Source: Parcubacteria group bacterium
GTDB taxonomy: Bacteria > Patescibacteriota > Patescibacteriia > Buchananbacterales > UBA6539
Length of the DNA: 64,000 bases
Direction: 5' to 3'
Assembly (NCBI GenBank): GCA_002687175.1
Contig: NYZP01000034.1
Coordinates: 27,951 to 91,950, forward strand
Shown here: piece by piece, positions 47,824-59,959 of the stretch
Numbering within the stretch: the first letter of the stretch is position 1
Layout: every line of letters begins with the position of its first letter
Made by a program: the position numbers and the translations under genes
Notes under the pieces: model-generated
The model's database searches: none
What the model was told of the DNA's origin: nothing
What the model saw: the letters and a program-made list of their open reading frames with translations, nothing else

Positions 47824-48252
47824 ATGGACAAATTATTTCCCAATGAAGAAGTTATCGTATCTGAATACTTTGACGTACATCAAGATTGGGAAGTGCCAAT
47901 TCCTGGATTTTTTATTCTGGCGGCTAAGAGAAAAGTTAGATCAATCGCCGAATTTACCGACGATGAGTCTAAGGAATTTATTTTTCTAGTAAGAAGTATC
48001 CGGCAAGGAATGAAAGAAGTTTTAGATATTAATGATGTTTATATTTTTCAAAATGAAGACACTGAACATAATTTTCATCTTTGGATATTTCCTCGCTATG
48101 ATTGGATGGAAAAGTTTGGTCGAAAGATAGAGTCAGTAAGGCCAATTATGTTATATGCCCAGAAGGAAATGATAGATGAAAAAACGGCCCAAGAAGTTAA
48201 GACGATGGCCGCTATGATGAATGATTATATGAAAGAGAATTTTAATAAATAA
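47824..48252 (+). CDS. HIT-like hydrolase
   Basis: PIPGFFIL..KR and HNFHLWIFPR motifs. Confidence 0.75.
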   Translation: MDKLFPNEEVIVSEYFDVHQDWEVPIPGFFILAAKRKVRSIAEFTDDESKEFIFLVRSIRQGMKEVLDINDVYIFQNEDTEHNFHLWIFPRYDWMEKFGRKIESVRPIMLYAQKEMIDEKTAQEVKTMAAMMNDYMKENFNK

Positions 48253-48296
48253 AAAATAGGGTATTAAAAAAATAATGACAGGTTATTATCCCATCA

Positions 48297-48506
48297 TTAT
48301 TTTTTTGTTTCCTTATTTTTCTTTGCCTTGTCCCTATTGTTGGACTTAGCAAGATTCTTTAGACAGCTGGTGCAAATGGATATTTTTTTGCCATCAATTT
48401 TTTTAGACTGAAGGTTTAATTTTTGTCGTCTGATGGTTTTAACCTGAGAATGACTTTTCCAGTTTGCTTTTAATGGCTGCCGTTTACAGATATCGCACTG
48501 AGCCAT
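48297..48506 (-). CDS. rpmB: 50S ribosomal protein bL28
   Basis: CDIC...SHSQVKTIRRQKLNLQ...ICTSCLK. Confidence 0.9.
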   Translation of the reverse strand: MAQCDICKRQPLKANWKSHSQVKTIRRQKLNLQSKKIDGKKISICTSCLKNLAKSNNRDKAKKNKETKK

Positions 48507-48588
48507 AAATTTAATGATTATTAATTTATACTTTATCCTAGCAGATTTATTTTAATAAATCAAGTCCCTGTGTTATTATATAAGTATT

Positions 48589-49239
48589 ATGGAAGGAATT
48601 ATTTTTCTAATTTTTATTGTCACCTTTATTTTAGCGGTTATTTTTCATGAGGTGGCTCATGGCTGGGTGGCTAACTATTTTGGTGATGATACTGCCAGAA
48701 TCTCTGGACGCTTATCATTAAATCCAATTGTTCATATTGATCCAATTGGTTCTATTTTGGTTCCGGTTTTATTGTGGATTTCATCAACCGGTTTTTTATT
48801 TGGTTGGGCTAAACCAGTACCGGTGAACCCTCATCGGCTTAGAGGTGGTGCTCAGTCTTATCGTTTGGTGACCATGGCGGGTATATTTACCAATTTGGTC
48901 TTAGCAGTCGTGGCGGCTTTAGTTTTAAAGTTAACAACTCAATTTTTATCAATCCCAACTAATAATTTAGGAGTAACTTTTTTTACGGCTATGTTACAGA
49001 TCAACCTGGTTTTAGCGGTTTTTAATTCTTTGCCTTTGCCAGGATTTGATGGATTTAATTTTTTAACCACCTTTAGCTGGTTTTCTGGCTTGGTTAAGCG
49101 AACACCGTTGGCTGATCCGATGTTTATGGCTCGGTATGGTTTGTTTGCCTCTATATTGTTGATTTTTTTATTTATGCCATTTATTGGAGCAATTTTTTCT
49201 TTTGTTTTTGGCTGGTTTATCCTCATATTTGGCTTATAA
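48589..49239 (+). CDS. Site-2 protease (M50) family protein
   Basis: HEVAHG, GWAKPVPVNP and FNSLPLPGFDG motifs. Confidence 0.92.
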   Translation: MEGIIFLIFIVTFILAVIFHEVAHGWVANYFGDDTARISGRLSLNPIVHIDPIGSILVPVLLWISSTGFLFGWAKPVPVNPHRLRGGAQSYRLVTMAGIFTNLVLAVVAALVLKLTTQFLSIPTNNLGVTFFTAMLQINLVLAVFNSLPLPGFDGFNFLTTFSWFSGLVKRTPLADPMFMARYGLFASILLIFLFMPFIGAIFSFVFGWFILIFGL

Positions 49240-49355
49240 TTATCTTTACCTCTAAAATTCTAATCGGGGTTGACGACATCAGTAAAATTAGTTAGTATAC
49301 TTTTGTATTTATAAACTGCCATTAGGGCAGATTTTTAAGACCAAAATTTTAAAAA

Positions 49356-49832
49356 ATGCCTACAATCAATCAGTTAATTAGAAAAAAGAGAAAGTCTCAG
49401 CCTAAGAAAGCCAAAACTCCGGCTTTAAGGTTAGTTTCTAATACCTTAAAACGTAAAAAGAAAGAGAACCCTAAGGGGGCGGCTTTTAAGCGTGGTGTTT
49501 GTTTGAAAGTTACTACTACTACCCCAAAGAAACCAAACTCAGCTTTAAGAAAAATTGCTAGGGTTCGTTTATCTAATGGCATGGAAGTTACCGCTTACAT
49601 TCCTGGTGAAGGACATAATTTACAAGAGCATTCAGTGGTTTTACTTCGTGGCGGTCGAGTTAAAGATTTGCCTGGTGTACGATATCATATTGTACGTGGT
49701 GTTTACGATACCACCGGGGTTGATGGCCGTAAACAAAGCCGAAGTTTATACGGGGCTAAGAAAAGTGCTGGTGGATCCAAGGCCAAAGCTCCGGCGACTG
49801 AGGTTGCTCCAGCAGAAGCTAAAACAGAATAA
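49356..49832 (+). CDS. rpsL: 30S ribosomal protein uS12
   Basis: [10 protein letters not shown] and [10 protein letters not shown]. Confidence 0.99.
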   Translation: MPTINQLIRKKRKSQPKKAKTPALRLVSNTLKRKKKENPKGAAFKRGVCLKVTTTTPKKPNSALRKIARVRLSNGMEVTAYIPGEGHNLQEHSVVLLRGGRVKDLPGVRYHIVRGVYDTTGVDGRKQSRSLYGAKKSAGGSKAKAPATEVAPAEAKTE

Positions 49833-49835
49833 TAT

Positions 49836-50300
49836 ATGCGTGGAAAAACTCCAATCAGAAAAATTAAACCTGACCCTAAATATCAAAGTGTTAATATTGC
49901 AAAACTTATTAATCAAGTGATGCGCAAGGGCAACAAATCAACTGCCCAAAAAGTTGTTTATGACTGTTTTGATATTATTAAAGAAAAGACCAAAAAAGAT
50001 CCTTTGGAAATTTTTGATGGAGCTTTAAGAAATCTTGGTCCGGAAGTGGAAGTTAAGTCTCGACGAATTGGTGGCGGTAACTATCAAATTCCAGTAGCGG
50101 TAGTTGGTAACCGTCGCAACACCTTGGCCTTTCGTTGGCTGATTGGTGCTGCTAATGCTCGTAAGGGTGCGCCGATGAGACAAAAATTAGCCGATGAATT
50201 GATTGCCGCTTTTAATAAAGAAGGTGCTGCTATTAAAAAGCGTACCGATATTTATAAGATGGCTGAATCTAATCGTGCCTTTGCTCACTTTATTCGATAA
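49836..50300 (+). CDS. rpsG: 30S ribosomal protein uS7
   Basis: EVKSRRIGG.NYQ and MAESNRAFAH. Confidence 0.98.
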   Translation: MRGKTPIRKIKPDPKYQSVNIAKLINQVMRKGNKSTAQKVVYDCFDIIKEKTKKDPLEIFDGALRNLGPEVEVKSRRIGGGNYQIPVAVVGNRRNTLAFRWLIGAANARKGAPMRQKLADELIAAFNKEGAAIKKRTDIYKMAESNRAFAHFIR

Positions 50301-50316
50301 ATTTTTTTAATAAATT

Positions 50317-52428
50317 ATGGCTCGTGACTACACTCTAGATAAAACTCGTAATATTGGAATTATCGCACACATTGACGCCGGTAAGACTACTGTCACCGAG
50401 CGTATTTTGTTTTACACTGGAAAAAAACATAAAATTGGTGAAGTTCATGAAGGTGAAGCGGAGATGGACTGGATGGAACAAGAGCGTGAGCGGGGAATTA
50501 CCATTACTTCGGCCGCGACAACTTGCTTTTGGGCACCTCGTGGTGAGGAAGACAATAAATGCCGAATTAATATTATTGATACACCTGGCCACATTGATTT
50601 TACGGCCGAGGTTCAGCGTTCACTCCGTGTATTGGACGGTGGCGTTGTGGTGTTTGACGGCGTAGCTGGTGTAGAACCACAATCAGAAACGGTTTATCAT
50701 CAAGCCGAAAAGTTTAAAGTTCCCTTGATGGCGTTCATTAATAAGATGGATCGAACCGGTGCTGATTTTTATTCTGATTTAGATGGTATTAGAGACCGGC
50801 TTACCAAAAATGCTTATCCGATTCAGTTACCCATTGGTGCTGAAGACAAATTTTTAGGAGTGATTGATTTATTAACTCAAAGAGCTTACATTTTTAAAGA
50901 CGATATGGGTAAGGAAGTTGAAGAAACTGATGTCCCTGATGACATGAAAGAAAAAGCGGATAAGTACCGAGCGGAAGTTATTGAAGCAATTGTTCAGCAT
51001 GATGAAGCTTTAATGAATAAATATTTGGGCGGTGAAACCGTTGAGCTTAAAGATTTAAAAAGAGTTTTACGACAAGCCACTATTGATAACGAAATAATGC
51101 CAGTTTTAGTTGGCTCGGCTTTAAAAAATAAAGGTGTCCAGCAGTTACTTGATGCTGTTTGTGACTATTTACCAAATCCTTTAGAGATTCCACCAGTCGT
51201 CGGTTTTCATCCAAAGAACGAAGAGACCGAAGAAAAACGTGAAGCTAATGATGATGATCCTTTTTCCGCTTTGGCTTTTAAAATTGCCGTTGATCCTTAC
51301 GTTGGTAAGCTCTGTTTTTTTAGAGTTTATTCCGGTACTGTTGAAGCAGGTTCTTATATTTTAAATTCCTCAACAGGTAAAAAAGAACGAATTGGTCGGA
51401 TCGTTAGAATGCATGCTAACTCTCGCGAAGAAGTAAAAAAAGTTTATGCCGGGGAAATTGCTGCCGGCGTTGGCTTAAAAGATACTTTCACGGGACATAC
51501 TTTATGCGATGAAACTAACCCTGTAGTGTTAGAATCGATTACTTTTCCTGATCCGGTTATCTCAGTCGCCATTGAACCAAAGACTAAAGCTGATCAAGAA
51601 AAAATGGGTCTAGCACTACAGAAACTGGCTGAAGAAGATCCAACCTTTGTGGTTAAAGGAGATGAAGAAACCATGCAGACAATTATATCTGGTATGGGTG
51701 AACTTCACTTGGAAGTTTTGGTTGACCGAATGAAACGAGAATTTAAAGTTGAAGCTGGTGTTGGTAAACCACAAGTTGCTTTTAAAGAAACTATTAAGGC
51801 CGAGGCTGATGCGGAAGGTAAATATATTAAACAGTCTGGTGGTCGTGGCCAATATGGTCATTGTTTAATCAAGATTGAACCTCAAGGTCAAGGTGAAGGA
51901 TTTGAATTTATTGATAAAGTTAAAGGTGGTACTATTCCTAAAGAGTATATTCCAGCCATCAAAAAAGGAATTAAAGAAGCTATGGACAAAGGAGTGATTG
52001 CTGGGTATCCTTTGATTGATATTAAAGCCACTGTTTACGATGGATCTTTCCATGAAGTTGACTCCTCGGAAGTAGCTTTTAAAATTGCCGCTTCAATGGC
52101 CTTACAAGCTGCTGTTAAAAAAGCCAATCCAATTCTACTTGAACCAATGATGAGAGTTGAAGTGATTACCCCAGAAAGTTTTATGGGAGATGTGATTGGT
52201 AACTTGAATTCTAAACGTGGTCAGATTGAAGAAATGCGTGATCGAGGTCAAACAAAAGTGATTGATGCTAGAGTTCCCTTGGCCGAGATGTTTGGTTATG
52301 CCACTGAGCTTCGCTCAATGTCTCAAGGTAGAGCTTCTTACAGTATGGAATTTGACGATTTTGGTGAAGTACCATCAAACGTTGCTGAGGAAATTAAAGG
52401 TCAAGATAGTAAGCCAACTAAAAAATAA
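50317..52428 (+). CDS. fusA: Elongation factor G
   Basis: [14 protein letters not shown] and DTPGH motifs. Confidence 0.99.
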   Translation: MARDYTLDKTRNIGIIAHIDAGKTTVTERILFYTGKKHKIGEVHEGEAEMDWMEQERERGITITSAATTCFWAPRGEEDNKCRINIIDTPGHIDFTAEVQRSLRVLDGGVVVFDGVAGVEPQSETVYHQAEKFKVPLMAFINKMDRTGADFYSDLDGIRDRLTKNAYPIQLPIGAEDKFLGVIDLLTQRAYIFKDDMGKEVEETDVPDDMKEKADKYRAEVIEAIVQHDEALMNKYLGGETVELKDLKRVLRQATIDNEIMPVLVGSALKNKGVQQLLDAVCDYLPNPLEIPPVVGFHPKNEETEEKREANDDDPFSALAFKIAVDPYVGKLCFFRVYSGTVEAGSYILNSSTGKKERIGRIVRMHANSREEVKKVYAGEIAAGVGLKDTFTGHTLCDETNPVVLESITFPDPVISVAIEPKTKADQEKMGLALQKLAEEDPTFVVKGDEETMQTIISGMGELHLEVLVDRMKREFKVEAGVGKPQVAFKETIKAEADAEGKYIKQSGGRGQYGHCLIKIEPQGQGEGFEFIDKVKGGTIPKEYIPAIKKGIKEAMDKGVIAGYPLIDIKATVYDGSFHEVDSSEVAFKIAASMALQAAVKKANPILLEPMMRVEVITPESFMGDVIGNLNSKRGQIEEMRDRGQTKVIDARVPLAEMFGYATELRSMSQGRASYSMEFDDFGEVPSNVAEEIKGQDSKPTKK

Positions 52429-52469
52429 TTTTTATTTTGTGGAGGGCTAAGTAATAAATATTTAAACTT

Positions 52470-52847
52470 ATGCCTAATTCCTTTGACAAGATCATTAACT
52501 TGATCAATAAAACTGGAGACAACTGTGTTGTTTTAGATCATCAAGGCAATCCTGCTTATGTGGTGGTTAAATTCGATAAATACCAGAGTATGATTCTCAA
52601 TAAATCAGAAGTAGCTGGATTAACCGAGGATGAGCTATTGGACAAAATCAATCGCGATGTAGCAACTTGGAAAGCCAATCAGGATGCCGAGGATCAAGAC
52701 AATTGGCAAGCGGTAAATAGTGCTGTTGAAGAGATAAAAATTAGCAGAGAGATTGATGATACGGACAATAAATTGCTTAATAAAGCAAAAAATGATCAGG
52801 ATAAAAATGACACTGACGAAAAATACTATTTTGAGCCGATTGATTAG
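52470..52847 (+). CDS. Hypothetical protein between fusA and tuf (Phd/YefM-like N-terminus)
   Basis: KTGD.CVVLD..GNPAYVVV...Y pattern; acidic tail ending YYFEPID. Confidence 0.65.
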   Translation: MPNSFDKIINLINKTGDNCVVLDHQGNPAYVVVKFDKYQSMILNKSEVAGLTEDELLDKINRDVATWKANQDAEDQDNWQAVNSAVEEIKISREIDDTDNKLLNKAKNDQDKNDTDEKYYFEPID

Positions 52848-53010
52848 TCTTTATTCGTTGCCGAACGGGGTTGACATCTCGTAGCAATTTATTATATACT
52901 CAAGAGTGCATTTTATTAAATCATTATTAAATATTAATACGATCTGTTCTGGTAAAATAAATTTCAGAACTGGTTCATAAAAGATCGTAAAAAAGGGAAA
53001 ATTTAAAAAT

Positions 53011-54201
53011 ATGGCAGATAAATTCGACAGAAGTAAACCTCATCTTAATGTTGGTACAATTGGTCACGTTGACCATGGTAAAACAACTTTAACGGCGGCA
53101 CTTTTAGCTTACCTAAACAAAAAGGGTAATAAAGCTAGTGACAAGTCAGTTGATCAGATTGACAGTGCACCAGAAGAAAAAGATAGAGGAATTACTATTG
53201 CCACCGCTCATGTTGAGTATGAGAGTGACTCTCGTCACTACGCTCACATTGACTGTCCAGGTCACGCTGATTACGTTAAAAACATGATTACCGGTGCTGC
53301 TCAAATGGATGGTGCTATTTTAGTTGTTGCCGCTACTGACGGCCCAATGCCTCAAACTCGTGAGCACATTTTGCTGGCCAGACAAGTTGGTGTACCAGCG
53401 ATGGTAGTATTTCTAAATAAAGTTGATCAAGTTAAAGATCCTGAGTTAATTGATCTAGTTGAGGAAGAAATTAGAGATCTTCTTAAAAAATATGAATTCC
53501 CAGGAGATGAAGTACCAATCATCAGAGGCTCAGCTTTAAAGGCATTAGAAAATCCTGACGATGCTGAAGCTATTAAACCAATGGAAGAGTTAGTTAAAGC
53601 AATTGATGAATATATTCCAGAACCTACTCGGGATGTTGATAAACCTTACTTAATGGCGATTGAAGATATTTTTTCAATTGAAGGTCGTGGTACCGTTGTT
53701 ACTGGTAAAATTGACCGTGGAATTATTAAGGTTAATGAAGAAGTTGAAATTGTCGGACTTCGGGACACTCAAAAAACAACAGTTACAGGTGTTGAGATGT
53801 TTAACAAGTCATTAGATGAAGGACAGGCTGGAGATAATGCTGGTATCCTGATTCGTGGAACCAAGAAGGATGAAGTCGAACGCGGACAAGTTTTGGCTAA
53901 ACCAGGTAGTATTACTCCACATACAGAATTTGAAGGTGAAACCTATATCTTAACCAAAGAAGAAGGTGGCCGTCACAGCCCATTCTTTAAAGGTTACAAG
54001 CCACAATTTTATATTGGTACGGCCGATGTAACCGGTGATGTTGAATTACCAGAAGGTGCTGAAATGGTTATGCCAGGTGACACTGTTAGCATTAAGATCA
54101 AATTAATTAAAGCAGTTGCCTTGGAAGAAAAACAACGATTTGCTATTCGAGAAGGTGGAAAAACTATAGGCGCTGGTGTGGTAACTAAAATTATTAAATA
54201 A
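53011..54201 (+). CDS. tuf: Elongation factor Tu
   Basis: GHVDHGKTT and [15 protein letters not shown]. Confidence 0.99.
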   Translation: MADKFDRSKPHLNVGTIGHVDHGKTTLTAALLAYLNKKGNKASDKSVDQIDSAPEEKDRGITIATAHVEYESDSRHYAHIDCPGHADYVKNMITGAAQMDGAILVVAATDGPMPQTREHILLARQVGVPAMVVFLNKVDQVKDPELIDLVEEEIRDLLKKYEFPGDEVPIIRGSALKALENPDDAEAIKPMEELVKAIDEYIPEPTRDVDKPYLMAIEDIFSIEGRGTVVTGKIDRGIIKVNEEVEIVGLRDTQKTTVTGVEMFNKSLDEGQAGDNAGILIRGTKKDEVERGQVLAKPGSITPHTEFEGETYILTKEEGGRHSPFFKGYKPQFYIGTADVTGDVELPEGAEMVMPGDTVSIKIKLIKAVALEEKQRFAIREGGKTIGAGVVTKIIK

Positions 54202-54208
54202 AAAATTT

Positions 54209-54238
54209 GTAGCGATCCCGAGAAATCGGGGTCGCTAC
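54209..54238. repeat. GTAG...CTAC palindrome (REP-like or terminator)
   Basis: gtagcgatcccga gaaa tcggggtcgctac. Confidence 0.6.
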
Positions 54239-54273
54239 TTAGATTAAATATAAACTAATGTTCTTTCAACCAG

Positions 54274-54639
54274 ATGGCAATTAAGAAAATTCCGGTTTCC
54301 TCTCGTAAAGCTGATGAGGAATCCGAAGAAGGTAAACAAAAAATCAGAATTAAAATTAAAGCTTACGATCATAAAATAATTGATCAGTCTACCAAGACAA
54401 TCATGGAAACGGTTGAGCGTACCGGGGCTAAAGTTTTAGGTCCTGTACCTTTGCCAACCGAGAAGAAAAAATACACTGTTATGAAATCTTCGTTCGTTCA
54501 TAAAGATTCACGTGAACAGTACGAGATGCGTATCCATAAAAGACTACTAGACATTGTTAACCCGGGACCGAAGACCATTGATTCGTTACAGAATTTAAAC
54601 TTACCAGCTGGAGTAGACGTTGAAATTAAAATGGCCTGA
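54274..54639 (+). CDS. rpsJ: 30S ribosomal protein uS10
   Basis: [17 protein letters not shown] and HKRLLDI. Confidence 0.98.
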   Translation: MAIKKIPVSSRKADEESEEGKQKIRIKIKAYDHKIIDQSTKTIMETVERTGAKVLGPVPLPTEKKKYTVMKSSFVHKDSREQYEMRIHKRLLDIVNPGPKTIDSLQNLNLPAGVDVEIKMA

Positions 54640-54814
54640 CATTAGGCAAAATAATCTTTAGAAATATAGAGAAAGCTTCCGATCACCAGATTGAGAAAAA
54701 CCTCTGTAGTTCCCAATGATTATTCAAGGAGATTAAAAACTTATAAAATTAAAGCCATACAATTCGCCAAGATTTAATCTGGCTTCTTGAGGCAGATTTT
54801 TATTTTTAATAAAT

Positions 54815-55660
54815 ATGAAATTCATTCTTGCAGAAAAAAAAGAAATGACCCAGAAATTTGAAGAAAACGGAACAGTAATTCCGGTGACTAAGGTTATTGC
54901 AAATCCTTGTGTTGTAACACAGCTTAAGGACATTAAAAAAGACGGCTATACTGCCGTTCAAATTGGTTTTGGTAGTAAGAGGAATTTATCTAAATCGGTC
55001 AAAGGACATTTAAAAAATTTAGGCAACTTTCGTTATCTTAAGGAATTTAAAATATCCGATGAAGACGCTAAAAAGTTAGCCGTTGGTAATAAAATAACAG
55101 TTAATATTTTTCAATCAGGTGACAAGGTTAAGGTATCCGGCACCTCTAAAGGTAAAGGTTTTCAGGGGGTAGTGAAACGTCATGGTTTTCATGGTTCTCT
55201 GGCTTCTCATGGTCACAAAGATCAGTTAAGAATGCCGGGGTCAATTGGCGCTACTGGACCAGCCCATGTTTTTAAAGGTAAAAAAATGCCAGGTCAAATG
55301 GGTAATAGCCAAGTAACGGTTACAAATTTAGAGATTGTTGAGATTGATTCTGATAAAAATGAAATTTTTATAAAAGGTGCTGTTCCGGGAGCCCGGAATA
55401 ATTTACTATTAATTTCTGGTGTTGGTGATTTAGTAATTGAAGAAGAAAAGTCAGTTGACGATTCAGGCAATAGACAAGAAACAACCACAGAAAATGAAGA
55501 TAAAGATACTAAGGATTCTGTCGAAGCAAAAAAATCACCAGAAGTTGAGTCTAGCAAAAAAGAAGATGAACCAATTAAAGATTCTGTTGAGAAACAAGAG
55601 ACTACGGAAGTTAAAGCAGAAGAAAAAAAGCCAGAGGCTAAAATTGAGGCCAGTAAATAA
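54815..55660 (+). CDS. rplC: 50S ribosomal protein uL3 with acidic C-terminal extension
   Basis: SKGKGFQGVVKRHGF and PGSIG. Confidence 0.98.
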   Translation: MKFILAEKKEMTQKFEENGTVIPVTKVIANPCVVTQLKDIKKDGYTAVQIGFGSKRNLSKSVKGHLKNLGNFRYLKEFKISDEDAKKLAVGNKITVNIFQSGDKVKVSGTSKGKGFQGVVKRHGFHGSLASHGHKDQLRMPGSIGATGPAHVFKGKKMPGQMGNSQVTVTNLEIVEIDSDKNEIFIKGAVPGARNNLLLISGVGDLVIEEEKSVDDSGNRQETTTENEDKDTKDSVEAKKSPEVESSKKEDEPIKDSVEKQETTEVKAEEKKPEAKIEASK

Positions 55661-55663
55661 TTT

Positions 55664-56446
55664 ATGGAAAAAGTAACGGTTTACAATATTAAGGGTGAAA
55701 AAGTAAAAGAAATGGATTTAAATCCAGACATTTTTGGTCTGGAAATAAAACCAGAATTAGTTCAACAGGCCGTTATAGCTCAACAGGCAAATTCTCGACA
55801 AAATTTGGCTCACACTAAAGATCGTAGCGATATTCGTGGTGGTGGTAAAAAACCATGGCGTCAAAAAGGTACTGGTCGAGCACGACACGGTTCAATTCGT
55901 TCACCACTATGGATAGGTGGTGGAGTAACATTTGGTCCCAGAAAAAATAGAAACTATTCAACGAAGATTAATAGAAAAGCCAAGAGTAAAGCAATGCTAA
56001 TGAGTTTATCTGACAAAGCTACTAATCACAAAATTGTGCTTTTAGATAAGCTGGAGCTTGAAGAAGCTAAAACTAAAAAAGTTTTTGAAATGTTACAAAA
56101 TTTAAAATTACGACAGAAAAAGGAAGTTCAAAAAAAGTCCAAACAAACTGAAAAAAAAGAGGCTGATAAAAAAGCAGTCAATAAAGTTAAAAATAAAAAG
56201 CCCTCAGTTAAAAGTGTTTTAGTGGTTCTGCCAAGCAAAAATGATAAGGTTAAAAGAGCTACTAGCAACATTAATAAAGTGGACACTATTTTAGCTGATA
56301 GTCTCAACGTTGTTGATATCTTAAAAAATCAATATTTATTATTACCGGTTGATTCACTGGAAAAAATTAAAAAAACTTTTATTTCCGTTTCAGCGCCAAC
56401 TAAAGTTAGTGCAAAGGCTGAGATTAAGGCGAACAAGAAAAAATAA
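55664..56446 (+). CDS. rplD: 50S ribosomal protein uL4
   Basis: KPWRQKGTGRARHGS. Confidence 0.98.
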   Translation: MEKVTVYNIKGEKVKEMDLNPDIFGLEIKPELVQQAVIAQQANSRQNLAHTKDRSDIRGGGKKPWRQKGTGRARHGSIRSPLWIGGGVTFGPRKNRNYSTKINRKAKSKAMLMSLSDKATNHKIVLLDKLELEEAKTKKVFEMLQNLKLRQKKEVQKKSKQTEKKEADKKAVNKVKNKKPSVKSVLVVLPSKNDKVKRATSNINKVDTILADSLNVVDILKNQYLLLPVDSLEKIKKTFISVSAPTKVSAKAEIKANKKK

Positions 56447-56450
56447 TTAT

Positions 56451-56996
56451 ATGGGAATTTTTGATAAATTTAAAAAACAAGATGACAAACGCCAATCAGA
56501 TAGTAAAGCTGATGATAAAGTTGCTAAAGTAGCTGAACAAAAACAGCCAGAAGAGTCAGCTGGTAAATCAGCTAAAGAGAAAATTGATTCGCCAAAAATT
56601 GATTCCCCGGTGAAAAAGGTAAAATCTGATAAGGTAAAACCAAATGTTGCTAAACCAGGTAAAGTAGCCACTGACAAAAAAGGGAAATCAGATGTTATAA
56701 AAGGTAAGACCGCTCAAGCTTACAAAGTCTTAGTCAAGCCGTTAGTAACCGAGAAGGCTAGCGATTTGGGAGTTTTAAATAAATATGTTTTTGCAATTGC
56801 TGTTGGTATGAATAAAATAGAGGTTAAAAAAGCAATTCGTACAATTTATAAAGTTGAACCAGTCAAAATTAATATAGCTAATTTTAAGGGAAAAAATGTT
56901 CGGTATGGACGTGTTAAAGGTAAAACTAAATCATGGAAAAAAGCCGTGGTAACCTTAAAACCCGGCGATAAGATTGAAGTTTACGAAGGAGTTTAA
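56451..56996 (+). CDS. rplW: 50S ribosomal protein uL23 with long N-terminal extension
   Basis: PLVTEKA, NKYVF and WKKAVVTL; ATG 56451. Confidence 0.95.
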   Translation: MGIFDKFKKQDDKRQSDSKADDKVAKVAEQKQPEESAGKSAKEKIDSPKIDSPVKKVKSDKVKPNVAKPGKVATDKKGKSDVIKGKTAQAYKVLVKPLVTEKASDLGVLNKYVFAIAVGMNKIEVKKAIRTIYKVEPVKINIANFKGKNVRYGRVKGKTKSWKKAVVTLKPGDKIEVYEGV

Positions 56997-56998
56997 AT

Positions 56999-57844
56999 AT
57001 GGGTATTAAAGTTTACAAACCAACTACTCCAGGTCGCCGAAAAACATCGGTTGATACTTTTTCTGATATTACCAAAAAACGACCAGAAAGAAAGTTAACT
57101 AAGATTAAAAAAAGACAAGGTGGTCGAAATGCTCAAGGTAGAATTACCGTTCGTCATCGAGGTGGGGGAGCAAAACAGTTTTATCGTTTAATTGATTATA
57201 AGCGAAATAAGTTTGATATGCCGGCCACTGTGAAAGCCATTGAATATGATCCAAACCGTAATGCTCGTATTGCTTTGGTTGAATATCAAGATGGTGAAAA
57301 ACGTTACATTATTTTACCAGTTGATCTTAAAGTTGGTGCTCAGGTTATTTCTTCAGAAAATCGGACAGAAATTCAACCTGGTAACCGTATGCCTCTTGAA
57401 CATTTGCCTTTAGGTTCAATAATTTATAATATTGAGATTACTCCTGGCAAGGGTGCCCAGTTAGTTAGAACGGCCGGATCTAATGCTAAATTAATGGCCG
57501 TTGAAGGAAAGTATGCTACAATCAGAATGCCTTCAGGAGAGGTTAGGTTAATTTCTAAAAAATCTCATGCCACCATTGGTCAAGTTTCTAACCCCGATGC
57601 GATGCATATCAGAATTGGTAAGGCTGGTCGTAAAAGACATATGGGTATTAGACCAACTGTTCGTGGTAAGGCAATGAATCCTGTTGATCATCCTCATGGT
57701 GGTGGTGAAGGAAGTAATCCAATTGGTCTTAAGGCACCAAAAACACCTTGGGGTAAAAAAGCCCTTGGAGTATTAACTAGAAAGAAGAAAAAATATTCTG
57801 ATAAATTTATTGTTAGAAATCGTAAAAAGAAGAGAAGAAAATAA
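56999..57844 (+). CDS. rplB: 50S ribosomal protein uL2
   Basis: EYDPNRNA and [13 protein letters not shown]. Confidence 0.99.
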   Translation: MGIKVYKPTTPGRRKTSVDTFSDITKKRPERKLTKIKKRQGGRNAQGRITVRHRGGGAKQFYRLIDYKRNKFDMPATVKAIEYDPNRNARIALVEYQDGEKRYIILPVDLKVGAQVISSENRTEIQPGNRMPLEHLPLGSIIYNIEITPGKGAQLVRTAGSNAKLMAVEGKYATIRMPSGEVRLISKKSHATIGQVSNPDAMHIRIGKAGRKRHMGIRPTVRGKAMNPVDHPHGGGEGSNPIGLKAPKTPWGKKALGVLTRKKKKYSDKFIVRNRKKKRRK

Positions 57845-57856
57845 TTATTTAAAAAT

Positions 57857-58195
57857 ATGCCAAGAAGTTTAAAAAAAGGTCCATACGTTAATGAAAGATT
57901 ATTAAAAAAACTCAAGAATTTAAAGCCGGGTGACAAAACGGTGGTAAAAACTTGGGATCGTGCCTGTATGATAACCCCAGAGATGGTTGGTTATACAGTG
58001 GGAGTTCATAACGGCAAAACACACGTTCCTGTTTTAGTTATCGAAAATATGGTTGGTCATCGCTTAGGTGAATTTTCACCAACCAGAAAGTTTATTATTC
58101 ATGGTGGTAAAATTGCTAAGGAACAACAAAAAGCGGCAGCCCAAAAAGCCGCTGATGATAGAAAGAAAGCCTTAGCTGCAGACGAAAAGAAATAA
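57857..58195 (+). CDS. rpsS: 30S ribosomal protein uS19
   Basis: RSLKKGPYV and [11 protein letters not shown]. Confidence 0.98.
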   Translation: MPRSLKKGPYVNERLLKKLKNLKPGDKTVVKTWDRACMITPEMVGYTVGVHNGKTHVPVLVIENMVGHRLGEFSPTRKFIIHGGKIAKEQQKAAAQKAADDRKKALAADEKK

Positions 58196-58205
58196 TTACA
58201 GATAA

Positions 58206-58856
58206 ATGGTAAAAGATGATAAAAAATTAAATAAAGATGTAGCTAAATCCGATAAAGCTAAAGTTGCTGTCAAGCAAGAAGCTAAAGCTGTAGAAAAAAA
58301 GGATGACAAGAAACAGACAATAGTCTCGGAAGTTAAGGCTAGTGCACGGTTTATTAAAATTGCACCACGCAAGGTTCGTTTAACGATTAATCAGTTAACA
58401 GGTCTAGAGGTTGAAAAATCTTTAGATCACTTAAAATTTGTACATAAAGGTGCGGTGAAGCCAGTTACCAAATTAATTAAATCAGCTATTGCTAATGCGG
58501 AAAATAATTTTAAATTAGATAAAAAGGATTTATTTATCAAAAAAATTGCGGCTGATGACGGCCCAATTATTAAAAGATTTAAACCAAGAGCTTATGGTCG
58601 TTCAGCCCCAATCAGAAAAAGAACCAGTCATATTTCGTTAATTTTAGGTGTTAAGGAAGGGGCCAAACTAAGAGTTGATACTAAAAAGGCTGATAAACAA
58701 GTTAAAAAAGAAGAAAGCAAAAAAGAGGAAGTTAAAGTAGTAAAACCAGAGGAAGTTAAGAAAGAAGGACCAAAGGGAAGCAATAAGGGACCAGAAGAAA
58801 AAGGTCAGAGCAAAGAAGGATTTTTAAAGGGAATGTTTAGGAGAAAAACAGGTTAA
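58206..58856 (+). CDS. rplV: 50S ribosomal protein uL22 with N- and C-terminal extensions
   Basis: APRKVR, SAIANAENN and PRAYGR...RKRTSHI. Confidence 0.97.
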   Translation: MVKDDKKLNKDVAKSDKAKVAVKQEAKAVEKKDDKKQTIVSEVKASARFIKIAPRKVRLTINQLTGLEVEKSLDHLKFVHKGAVKPVTKLIKSAIANAENNFKLDKKDLFIKKIAADDGPIIKRFKPRAYGRSAPIRKRTSHISLILGVKEGAKLRVDTKKADKQVKKEESKKEEVKVVKPEEVKKEGPKGSNKGPEEKGQSKEGFLKGMFRRKTG

Positions 58857-58870
58857 TAATTAAAATTACT

Positions 58871-59548
58871 ATGGGACAAAAAGTACATCCAAAAATATTT
58901 CGTATCGGCGGTGTTTACACCTGGAATTCAAAGTGGTTTTCTAAACGAGACTACGCTAAGTTTTTGCAGCAAGATATTTTAATTAGAAAATTTTTAAAAA
59001 GTGAATTAAAGGAAGCAGCAATATCTCAAGTTGAGATAGAACGTTCAGCTACTGTAACCACAGTGATAATTCATTCTGCTAAACCAGGCATCATCATTGG
59101 CCGTGGTGGTCAAGGCGTTGAACAATTAAAGAAAAAAGTTAAGGCTAAATTTTTGGAGCCCAAATCAAGTTTAAATATAAATATCAAAGAGATAACTAAC
59201 CCAAACATAGAAGCAGAACTTGTTGTTCAGTCTATTATTATAGATTTGGAAAAAAGAATGCCTTACCGTCGTGTAATGAAACAAGCTATTAACCGCGTGG
59301 AAAAAACTGAAGCTAAAGGTATTAAAATCATAGTTGCTGGAAGATTAAATGGTGCGGAAATTGCCAGAACAGAAACTTTGACTTCTGGTAGCTTACCATT
59401 ACACACCTTAAGAGCTGATATTAATTATTCCAGAGGAGTTGCTAGAACAACTTATGGTGCCATTGGTGTTAAAGTATGGATTTATCGTGGAGAAATATTT
59501 AAGAAAGACCAAGGCAAGAGCAATGAGTCACTAAATAAGACCAAGTAA
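58871..59548 (+). CDS. rpsC: 30S ribosomal protein uS3
   Basis: [17 protein letters not shown] and PLHTLRADI. Confidence 0.98.
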   Translation: MGQKVHPKIFRIGGVYTWNSKWFSKRDYAKFLQQDILIRKFLKSELKEAAISQVEIERSATVTTVIIHSAKPGIIIGRGGQGVEQLKKKVKAKFLEPKSSLNINIKEITNPNIEAELVVQSIIIDLEKRMPYRRVMKQAINRVEKTEAKGIKIIVAGRLNGAEIARTETLTSGSLPLHTLRADINYSRGVARTTYGAIGVKVWIYRGEIFKKDQGKSNESLNKTK

Positions 59549-59550
59549 TT

Positions 59551-59955
59551 ATGTTATCACCCAGAAAAGTAAAACATAGAAAATGGCATAAAGGTGTTTT
59601 AAGAGGTAATGCAACTTCTAATACTAAGATTAATTTTGGTAAATACGGAATAAAAGCCATGGGTAATTGTTGGTTAACTGCTCGTCAAATTGAGTCTGCT
59701 CGTAGAGCAATGACCCGTTTTGTTAAGCGTGGCGGTAAGATTTGGATTCGAGTTTTTCCTGATAAGCCAGTTACCAAAAAAGGTGAACAATCAACTATGG
59801 GTTCCGGTAAAGGAGCTGTTGATCATTACGTAGCAGTTATTAAACCAGGAATGATTTTATTTGAAATGGATGGTGTACCAGAAGATGTAGCCAAACAGGC
59901 CTTGCATTTGGCCGCTTATAAATTACCCGTCAAAACCAGTTTTGTTGTTAAATGA
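59551..59955 (+). CDS. rplP: 50S ribosomal protein uL16
   Basis: [17 protein letters not shown] and MGSGKG. Confidence 0.98.
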   Translation: MLSPRKVKHRKWHKGVLRGNATSNTKINFGKYGIKAMGNCWLTARQIESARRAMTRFVKRGGKIWIRVFPDKPVTKKGEQSTMGSGKGAVDHYVAVIKPGMILFEMDGVPEDVAKQALHLAAYKLPVKTSFVVK

Positions 59956-59959
59956 TAAC

